Shown piece by piece: positions 57,025 through 64,000 of a stretch of 64,000 nucleotides of DNA. The number at the start of each line of letters is the position of its first letter. Position 1 is the stretch's first letter. The translations under genes and the position numbers were made by a program. The notes under the pieces are model-generated. The model saw nothing but the letters and a program-made list of their open reading frames with translations. It was not told the DNA's origin and did no database searches. This DNA comes from Oligoflexia bacterium (GTDB lineage: Bacteria; Bdellovibrionota; UBA1018): the NCBI GenBank assembly GCA_963758495.1, contig CAVWVI010000004.1:512001-576000 (forward strand). Direction: 5' to 3'.

Positions 57025-59604
57025 CTATTCCCTCCGTCCTATGGCGGCGACCAATCTCTCTTGCAATTCTTTGGCTTGCAATTCTTTAGCTCTCAATTCC
57101 TTTCCTCGCACTTCTTTCCGCATTTCTTTGCAATGATTCGCAAGGGAAACAAGAGACTTCATTAATTTAACGTCGTTCCTATGTCTTTCACAAGCCAGCT
57201 CGTAACTTCGTCGTGTTTTGGTACAAACCAAAGTTTGAGGAGATCCCTGGCGTTCTGTAACATGTGTCATATCCAGCACTCCCCGATCAATCATCTCATG
57301 TAAATGTTGACGGCGATCCTTCCGCACTCGAAAGCGGTGAGTTTTCATAGTCGGTGCATTTGCAAATGCCAGTAGCTCTTTGCAGTCTTCACAATTGCAT
57401 GGAATTAAAACTTTTTGATCCCAGTCTCGAGGCGCTTCTGGAGGAAATTCACTGCGAGCTAATAAAAACCGGCCTGCGTGTTGCCACAGCCTATTGAAGT
57501 GAGAGTTCACATGGAGTTCTCTATTATCCTGATACAATCGAAGAAGAGCAGGAACAAGGATACTCGCCGGATCGAACGTCTTTTCATGTGAAATCATTTC
57601 CGTAGCTGCGGAATCTTGAAGCTGATCCATTTTCAGGCGCGCGAGAGCCTCCCCCAACTGAACAACGAACACCTCACTCACAAGTTTCGTATCCCTTCTT
57701 ACTCCATACCTGCTCTCATAGGGATGATCATATAAATCAGAAGTCAAGGATGGCTTGCCTATCTTTTTGAGTGAATCAATAATTGCTGTTGCGATAGATT
57801 GAGCGATAGATTGAGCAATACCTCCATCTGTAGTAATGCCCTCATCTGTCATGAGACCAAGCAGACTGACACAAGCTTCTGGATAGCGATCCATTTTTTG
57901 GTGAACCAATTTTGTAAACAGATGATTGACCAGGATAGGGTCTAAATGTCGAACAGCCACAACAAGTGCCCCATTTTCAGTACCATCGTACTGTTTCATA
58001 ACAATAGGATCGATGAAACGCTGTAATAAGGTTGGGCTTTCTAAATCACACAGAAGCTGAATCATTTCCGAACGATCGGGCTCACGGCGATTCGTATTCC
58101 AAATATTATAATGATTCTGTGACCTATTTTCCCAATGCTTGAGAATGAGTTCTGCCAGAGCTTGCAACTCTTGCTGCGTGGCCAAGGGGGAAGTGCATTG
58201 GGCCATACGCTGTTTTAAATAGGAAATAGGTCCTATTAATCCACCTTGCAACAGGACCTCAGCATAACGATCGTATCGCCAAATCAGCAGGGCTGCTCGA
58301 TGATAAGAACGCTCATACGACACTCCCTCATTACCTGTTGCTTCCATAAGGCGCTGCTGGTCCGGCAAGGCATTATCCAATGCCCCATTGGGTAATAACT
58401 CACCTTCTCCAATTGGAATCCTACCCAAATTTTCGGTACTGCTGTTGAGGCTCATCCATCCATCAACATATGTGTCTAAACTGCAAACATCGATTACTTC
58501 GAAATCCCCATTCATGCACTCTTCTTCTTCATCAGAATAATAACGACGCCCCCATCGTGACCCTCTTGAGTAAGTGGGATATTGAGGCTCTGCACTTCCT
58601 GATTCTAGGATGTGCACAATCGCAAGGTGAATAGCACAATCGGACCGAACACACGCTTGAGATAAAACCTGAGCTAATGCTGCATCTGCATTTTTTAAAG
58701 TCGTAAAAGACAACTCTGCTGAGGTGTATTGATGCTCTAATAACCAGACAATCTTAAGCGGAGCATTCTCTTCTTTTAAAGCTCCGTGTAAGGCTTTCTG
58801 TAGAATCTCTGCAGCATTTGCAATCTCCGTATCGTAAAGCGGCGCCTGAAGAGAGGCTAGAGCGTCGACTTTTTGAGCAGGCTCACGTTGAGTCGCCTGG
58901 GATTTTTGAATCAAATTATAAATCAGACAAACCCGACTCCCTGACGTAACAGGTCTAGCCTCATGTTGACAGTCAGCATAAAACGCTGCGAAGGCCAACT
59001 CTGAATTCTCTGCACTACTGAGATCGACTGTGGCTTCGTGACCAGCATGACGAATCACCAACTCCCCTCCCTGGTGAGGCGAAGGGAGAACAATGACCAA
59101 AGTACCAAACATTCCTGAAGACTTTTCGGTATCGCGATGGGATACGAAAAAGTCACCTTCTTCATAAACAAGAAATTTATAAAACTCAGCAGTCACATCT
59201 ACATCCAGGCAACCCAACCCCTCTTTGACTAAAGAAAGAATTTGATCAAAATGAGTACTCCAGGAACGCCCACTGATCCTCACCTGGTCTGGCCTCAACT
59301 GCCAAACCTTTCGGACAGACGTGTTCATGATTGTCTCTTCGCCCTGCCCATAAGGGGCACGCACCCCTTGTTGAATCAACTGCTTGATTTGCTGCGGGGG
59401 AATAGGAAAGGACAAAATACCCACACCGTCCACTTCGACCTTGGGCATGGGCAATTCTATTAAACCTTGAAAATAAAAGTTACCTGGCCGCGTAACACGA
59501 GATAAAAGATCTTCAAGAGATTGGAGGTTTTGATTATAGCTGAGCCGAATAGGTTGGGTTGTCATGCACTCATCGTTGTATGCTTTGACTGCGCTAGAAA
59601 TCAA
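57025..59604 (-). CDS. Large 2OG-Fe(II) oxygenase family protein
   Basis: HRDTEK (HxD), HQGGEL, DCQHEARPVTSGSR; likely start at ATG 59565. Confidence 0.85.
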   Translation of the reverse strand: MISSAVKAYNDECMTTQPIRLSYNQNLQSLEDLLSRVTRPGNFYFQGLIELPMPKVEVDGVGILSFPIPPQQIKQLIQQGVRAPYGQGEETIMNTSVRKVWQLRPDQVRISGRSWSTHFDQILSLVKEGLGCLDVDVTAEFYKFLVYEEGDFFVSHRDTEKSSGMFGTLVIVLPSPHQGGELVIRHAGHEATVDLSSAENSELAFAAFYADCQHEARPVTSGSRVCLIYNLIQKSQATQREPAQKVDALASLQAPLYDTEIANAAEILQKALHGALKEENAPLKIVWLLEHQYTSAELSFTTLKNADAALAQVLSQACVRSDCAIHLAIVHILESGSAEPQYPTYSRGSRWGRRYYSDEEEECMNGDFEVIDVCSLDTYVDGWMSLNSSTENLGRIPIGEGELLPNGALDNALPDQQRLMEATGNEGVSYERSYHRAALLIWRYDRYAEVLLQGGLIGPISYLKQRMAQCTSPLATQQELQALAELILKHWENRSQNHYNIWNTNRREPDRSEMIQLLCDLESPTLLQRFIDPIVMKQYDGTENGALVVAVRHLDPILVNHLFTKLVHQKMDRYPEACVSLLGLMTDEGITTDGGIAQSIAQSIATAIIDSLKKIGKPSLTSDLYDHPYESRYGVRRDTKLVSEVFVVQLGEALARLKMDQLQDSAATEMISHEKTFDPASILVPALLRLYQDNRELHVNSHFNRLWQHAGRFLLARSEFPPEAPRDWDQKVLIPCNCEDCKELLAFANAPTMKTHRFRVRKDRRQHLHEMIDRGVLDMTHVTERQGSPQTLVCTKTRRSYELACERHRNDVKLMKSLVSLANHCKEMRKEVRGKELRAKELQAKELQERLVAAIGRRE

Positions 59605-59638
59605 TCTTGTAAATTATAAATACAACACTCCTTAGCAT

Positions 59639-59726
59639 GTCAACTTTAGGTCAACTTTAGGTCAACTTTAGGTCAACTTCAGGTAAACTTTAGTTAACCC
59701 TTAGGTAAACTTCAGGTAAATTTAAC
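59639..59726. repeat. Eight 11-bp tandem units, consensus GT(C/A)AACTTTAG
   Basis: Three identical GTCAACTTTAG units, then five degenerate units ending 2 nt before the ATG at 59729. Confidence 0.92.
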
Positions 59727-59728
59727 GT

Positions 59729-59950
59729 ATGTCCAAAATAGATCCCTTCACAGAAAAGCGTTTGATTCGATTTGTGGAAAAATTTAGAATGCAAACGGGC
59801 CAGCTCCCCACCCTCAAAGATTTGAGCGAAGGAGGCTTTTCCCAGACCCAAGTTGAGTCAGCATTAAAAATGAATCTTCTTGAGCAATTCTATGTCACCC
59901 TGAGCAATGGAAGCATTGTAAAAACCTTTAAACTGCGAGTCCATTTTTAA
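59729..59950 (+). CDS. Small winged-helix protein resembling the LexA N-terminal domain
   Basis: LIRFVEKFRMQTGQLPTLKDL pattern plus a terminal beta-hairpin. Confidence 0.6.
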   Translation: MSKIDPFTEKRLIRFVEKFRMQTGQLPTLKDLSEGGFSQTQVESALKMNLLEQFYVTLSNGSIVKTFKLRVHF

Positions 59951-59960
59951 ACGAGAACTT

Positions 59961-60140
59961 ATGACTACTGAAGCCGAAGTCACTTGTCCCTTTTGTGGAG
60001 AAAATTTTTCCATCGTTGTCGATTGTTCTGTTGACCATCAGACCTATATCGAGGATTGCTTTGTCTGTTGCCGACCTATTACTTTTCAAGTTCATTGTCT
60101 GGATGGTGAACTCGTTCAGGTACAAGCGATTCGGGAATAA
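59961..60140 (+). CDS. CPXCG-motif cysteine-rich small protein (absent from the ORF track, 59 aa)
   Basis: MTTEAEVTCPFCGENFSIVVDCSVDHQTYIEDCFVCCRPITF... Confidence 0.88.
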   Translation: MTTEAEVTCPFCGENFSIVVDCSVDHQTYIEDCFVCCRPITFQVHCLDGELVQVQAIRE

Positions 60141-60166
60141 ATTTCGGAAGTACGAGAGTAAATAAA

Positions 60167-60550
60167 ATGAAAGCGAGACCTCTACTCAAAGTTAAGAAAA
60201 TAAACTCCCTCCAATGGCTCTTTGAACCTTTGGAACACCGATCTGATTTTCTGCAGAAGAAAATGTTTGGTTTCGAAGCTGCCTATTTAAACGATAAAAT
60301 AGTTCTTGTTTTAGCCGATAGTGAAGACCCTTGGAACGGAATCCTCATCCCGACTGAGCGTCAATTTCACAGCATGATTCAAGAAGAGTTCACTACCCTG
60401 GCCCCTCATCCAGTCTTAGGCAAGTGGCTTTACCTTCCGCAACATGCTCTAGATTTTGAGGAAACTGCGACGAAGGTCGTCAAATCGATTCAATCAGAGG
60501 ATCCTCGATTTGGAGTGATTCCAAAGCCAAAAAAGAAAAAACGCAAATAG
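60167..60550 (+). CDS. TfoX-N-like hypothetical protein
   Basis: KKMFG..AAYL, PWNGILIPT, HPVLGKWLYL, DPRFGV. Confidence 0.7.
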   Translation: MKARPLLKVKKINSLQWLFEPLEHRSDFLQKKMFGFEAAYLNDKIVLVLADSEDPWNGILIPTERQFHSMIQEEFTTLAPHPVLGKWLYLPQHALDFEETATKVVKSIQSEDPRFGVIPKPKKKKRK

Positions 60551-60617
60551 TCTACATTGACATTCTTGCCTCATTCGAACTAACTTCCAAAGCTGTACAT
60601 AACGGCTCGATAACGGC

Positions 60618-60707
60618 TCGGTGACAAGCTGAAGTCCGGTGAAAATCCGGCACTGTCCCGCAACGGTAAAGAGAGATTCTACTTTCTAAGTCCGATGGCC
60701 TCATCGA
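60618..60707 (+). ncRNA. Cobalamin riboswitch upstream of metE
   Basis: CCGGTGAAAATCCGG, ACTGTCCCGCAACGGT, AAGTCCG; closing stem TCGGTGA/TCATCGA; canonical context before B12-independent metE. Confidence 0.88.
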
Positions 60708-60749
60708 ACTAACCTGTGCTTTATTGCACACTCTCGGAGTAAGAGCATC

Positions 60750-63137
60750 ATGATCCATACACAAAGCACTCGTTCATCTACAAAAACTAATAATCTAGGC
60801 TTTCCTCGTATCGGCGCTCATCGAGAGCTCAAGAAAGCGCTCGAATCGTACTGGAGTGGCAAAAGCGAAGCGAGCGAACTGCATACAGCCGCTGCTGCTC
60901 TACGGAAACAGCATTGGAAAATCCAACAGGAATCTAAAATAGATCTGATTCCAAGCAACGATTTTTCGCTCTACGACCCAATGCTAGATATGGCAGTGAC
61001 TTTGGGAGCAACTCCTCGTCGCTACCAGTCCATTCAAGACCCACTTAAACGCTACTTCGCAATGGCCCGAGGTCTTCAAGATCAAAGTGCTGGAATTGAT
61101 CTTCCAGCAATGGAAATGACGAAATGGTTTGACACCAACTATCACTACATTGTGCCGGAACTTGAAGCCAAACAGACCTTCAATCTCAATGCTACAAAAA
61201 TTCTTTCTGAAATCAAGGAAGCCCGTGCATTAGGAATTGAAACTCGTCCAGTCATGATCGGCCCCGTCTCATTTCTTCTCCTTTCTAAATTTGAGTCTAA
61301 ACTGGATTCCAAGTTTGAGTCCAAACTTGAGTCTAAATTGGATTCCAAACACCATTCCAAACTCGATGAAGGAACCCCCTCTGCTTCAACCTTAGACCTT
61401 TTAGAAGCATTGCTTCCCACTTACAAAGAGCTATTCAAAGTCTTGGCTGCTGAGAACGTATCTTGGGTTCAGCTCGATGAACCTTGCCTGGTCTTGGAGC
61501 TCGACCATCGAAGCGTAAAAGCTTATGGAAAAATGTTTTCTGAAATCACTTCTTGGAAAAACCGACCCAAAATTTTCACTGCGACCTACTTTGGAACTCT
61601 CGGTAACAACCTTGACCTGGTGGCAAAATCCGGGTGCGATGCTCTCCATGTAGATTTGGTCAGAGCACCTGAGCAATTGGACCCTGTGCTCTCAGCACTT
61701 TCTCCTCATACCTTACTTTCTCTAGGCGTTGTGGACGGTAGAAATATTTGGCGAACTGATTTGGATTTAGCGCATGGTCTGATTCGTAAAGCTGTTTCAA
61801 AGCTAGGTTCCGAACGAGTTCTCATTGGACCTTCCTGCTCTCTTGTTCATGTCCCTGTCGACCTTGAGCTGGAGAAAAAGCTCGACCCAGAACTGAAAAG
61901 CTGGCTTTCCTTCGCAGTTCAAAAACTTCATGAGATTCAGGCACTCGCTCATACCGCTGAATCAGAACACCCTGTGGGACCACTGATTGAAGAAAGTCGA
62001 GCTGCGATTTCCTCTCGTCGTTCATCCACTCGAATCAGAAACAGTGTGGTGAGAAACCGTGTGCAAGGAATCACACAATCTATGCTCACTCGACCTTTCC
62101 CCTATTCCACTAGGGCGTCCCGACAACAAACTCGACTCAACTTGCCCACCTTTCCAACCACGACCATTGGCTCATTCCCACAAACCGAAGAAGTGAGAAA
62201 AGCTCGGGCGAATTGGCGCTCTGGAAAGATCACTGAAGTCGAATACCACCAGTTTCTTAAACAAGAAACAAAGCACTGCATTGAAAAGCAGGAGGCCATT
62301 GGGCTGGATGTGCTCGTCCATGGAGAATTTGAGCGAACTGACATGGTGGAATACTTTGGTGAAAAACTCTCGGGATTTGCATTCACTTCAAATGGCTGGG
62401 TCCAGAGCTATGGCTCTCGCTGTGTCAAACCACCCATCATTTTCGGTGATGTACAGCGCGACAAACCCATCACAGTTGAATGGTCCGTCTATGCACAATC
62501 TTTAACAAAAAAACCCGTTAAAGGAATGCTCACAGGACCCGTGACGATCCTCCAGTGGTCATTTGTTCGGGATGATCAGCCGCGAAGTGAAACCTGCATG
62601 GAGATCGCCCTCGCCTTGCGAGATGAAGTACGTGACCTGGAATCTGCTGGAATTTCTGTCATTCAAGTCGATGAACCAGCCATTCGTGAAGGATTGCCGC
62701 TCAGACAATCCGATTGGAAAACCTACTTAAGATGGGCCGTCGATGCATTTCGCCTAGTGACAAGCGGAGTTCGCCTAGACACCCAGATTCATACTCACAT
62801 GTGCTATTGTGAATTTGGGGATATTCTAGACTCTGTAGCAGAAATGGATGCCGATGTGATCTCCATCGAGACCTCCAGATCTCGCATGGAACTCCTCGAT
62901 GAATTTGAAAAGTTTCGCTACCCCAACGAAGTGGGGCCCGGCGTCTATGACATCCACTCCCCGCGCATTCCTACTCAAAAAGAAATCGTTGAACTTCTGC
63001 AAAAAGCAAGTCGTGTCATCCCAATCAAAAATCTATGGGTCAACCCAGACTGTGGATTAAAAACTCGGGGCTGGCCTGAAGTACAAACCGCACTTGAAAA
63101 CATGGTTGGAGCTGCAAAGTCTCTCAGGAATCTGTAA
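60750..63137 (+). CDS. metE: Cobalamin-independent methionine synthase
   Basis: LGFPRIG, KWFDTNYHY, HGEFERTDMVEYF, HTHMCY, WVNPDCGLKTR. Confidence 0.98.
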   Translation: MIHTQSTRSSTKTNNLGFPRIGAHRELKKALESYWSGKSEASELHTAAAALRKQHWKIQQESKIDLIPSNDFSLYDPMLDMAVTLGATPRRYQSIQDPLKRYFAMARGLQDQSAGIDLPAMEMTKWFDTNYHYIVPELEAKQTFNLNATKILSEIKEARALGIETRPVMIGPVSFLLLSKFESKLDSKFESKLESKLDSKHHSKLDEGTPSASTLDLLEALLPTYKELFKVLAAENVSWVQLDEPCLVLELDHRSVKAYGKMFSEITSWKNRPKIFTATYFGTLGNNLDLVAKSGCDALHVDLVRAPEQLDPVLSALSPHTLLSLGVVDGRNIWRTDLDLAHGLIRKAVSKLGSERVLIGPSCSLVHVPVDLELEKKLDPELKSWLSFAVQKLHEIQALAHTAESEHPVGPLIEESRAAISSRRSSTRIRNSVVRNRVQGITQSMLTRPFPYSTRASRQQTRLNLPTFPTTTIGSFPQTEEVRKARANWRSGKITEVEYHQFLKQETKHCIEKQEAIGLDVLVHGEFERTDMVEYFGEKLSGFAFTSNGWVQSYGSRCVKPPIIFGDVQRDKPITVEWSVYAQSLTKKPVKGMLTGPVTILQWSFVRDDQPRSETCMEIALALRDEVRDLESAGISVIQVDEPAIREGLPLRQSDWKTYLRWAVDAFRLVTSGVRLDTQIHTHMCYCEFGDILDSVAEMDADVISIETSRSRMELLDEFEKFRYPNEVGPGVYDIHSPRIPTQKEIVELLQKASRVIPIKNLWVNPDCGLKTRGWPEVQTALENMVGAAKSLRNL
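61284..61367. repeat. Seven 12-bp in-frame repeats in metE (SKxx)
   Basis: SKFE SKLD SKFE SKLE SKLD SKHH SKLD. Confidence 0.88.
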
Positions 63138-63157
63138 TCGAAAAAGGAGTCTTAATA

Positions 63158-63206
63158 GAGCTGGAAATCCGTGAGGCAATGCTTCGCTGGTTTTCCAGCT
63201 CTTTTA
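63158..63206 (+). terminator. Probable intrinsic terminator after metE
   Basis: GAGCTGGAAA...TTTCCAGCTC stem followed by TTTT. Confidence 0.6.
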
Positions 63207-63265
63207 CGTTGCTGCCAAGTCCTGAATATCGATTTTAATAAAATCCAGGCGAGGAAAAAGATCCT

Positions 63266-64000
63266 TCAAACTGATATTGGGATCTGAATTCTTGGCTTAA
63301 GAGGAATCAGAATATTTTCATATGATTGCACGACACGGTTGTAAAACTTTGGATCTTTTGGTGCAAACAAACTTACAACGAGAGCATATGGCAGTGGCTT
63401 CGGATCTTTAGTAGGGATAGCTCCAGCACGGTGGTGAAACCAGATATCAAAACAAGGTTTATGTAAAGAACCGGAACGAAAATTTTGCTCATGCCGAATG
63501 CAAGGTTCCCATTTAAATCCTTCCTCACGTAGACGGAATTCGGAAGCACGAAAAAGCTTAGACCCGGAAAAAAAAGGTTTGGTCTTAGGATGAGCCGACT
63601 TCTTCCCATCTTTTGAGGTTGTAAACTTTCTCATATCGGGGCGGAAACAGACTTCCAAACCACCACGAGTATAAGCCCCTGGATGTTCAGGGTCTACATC
63701 CGGTGCAATTGCAAGTGTGGCCCGAAGGGTTATGGGGCCTGATAGAGGGCCGATTGGAACAGGAATCATCGCGCGAAGGTGCTGCCCCAAAGGCAAATCC
63801 CCCTGATAGACTACCATCGCTTCATGGTCTTCACATGTCATCAGTACTTTCGGATTAGTGTGAAGCAGTCCCCATCCGACTTCAGTGCGCGAGTGTTTTT
63901 TTTTGCTTCCGCTCGATGTATCAAAAGGGCTCGTATAGCGAGAGAATGAAGGTCGTCTCCTGCGAAAACTCTTGTCCCTACCGCACCTCCTAAAACAAAA
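63266..64000 (-). CDS. C-terminal part of an S8 (Y4bN/IetS-like) peptidase; runs off the window; apparent frameshift at an A9 run
   Basis: AIRALLIHRA / EVGWG motif split by the T9 run at 63896-63904; PYALVVSL near the end. Confidence 0.7.
   Translation of the reverse strand, partial: FCFRRCGRDKSFRRRRPSFSRYTSPFDTSSGSKKKHSRTEVGWGLLHTNPKVLMTCEDHEAMVVYQGDLPLGQHLRAMIPVPIGPLSGPITLRATLAIAPDVDPEHPGAYTRGGLEVCFRPDMRKFTTSKDGKKSAHPKTKPFFSGSKLFRASEFRLREEGFKWEPCIRHEQNFRSGSLHKPCFDIWFHHRAGAIPTKDPKPLPYALVVSLFAPKDPKFYNRVVQSYENILIPLKPRIQIPISV

Noticed and set aside
59639..59726. CRISPR array
   Set aside because: Units are 11 bp and contiguous, with no spacers and no cas genes in the window.
59928..60125. 65-aa minus-strand ORF
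   Set aside because: Antisense shadow of the better-supported CPXCG gene at 59961-60140.
60552..60764. 70-aa minus-strand ORF
   Set aside because: Antisense to the cobalamin riboswitch.

Overview
This 64 kb window is bacterial chromosome. Its gene content (FecR/FN3/barrel protein, stand-alone FliG-C protein, several secreted orphans, N-terminally extended HNH protein) suggests Bdellovibrionota/Oligoflexia; this is an inference. The housekeeping backbone includes folA, thyA, ndh, recD2, def, tRNA-Pro(TGG), hpt, tatA, gpsA, a PlsB-like acyltransferase, thiN, valS and cobalamin-riboswitch-controlled metE. Three accessory zones interrupt it. (1) About 8.1-17 kb, between folA and thyA: an integrase remnant, a truncated IrrE/PIN module, an interrupted papain-like protease and a displaced degenerate copy of the thyA 3' end. 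(2) About 42.9-45.5 kb: a Fic gene, plus an HNH endonuclease gene bracketed by ~190-200 bp inverted repeats that contain a covarying stem around a variable hairpin insert. This is the best candidate for an undescribed element. (3) About 52.4-56.3 kb: a MazEF/HipBST-like toxin-antitoxin cluster with a tandem duplication followed by reciprocal deletions. Other notable items are an AUR1/IPC-synthase-like lipid cluster, a DUF2156-rhomboid fusion, a type III PKS pair, a MITE with an 8-bp TSD, an 11-bp x8 array before a LexA-like wHTH gene and many short tandem duplications. All family calls come from motif recognition by eye; no searches were run.
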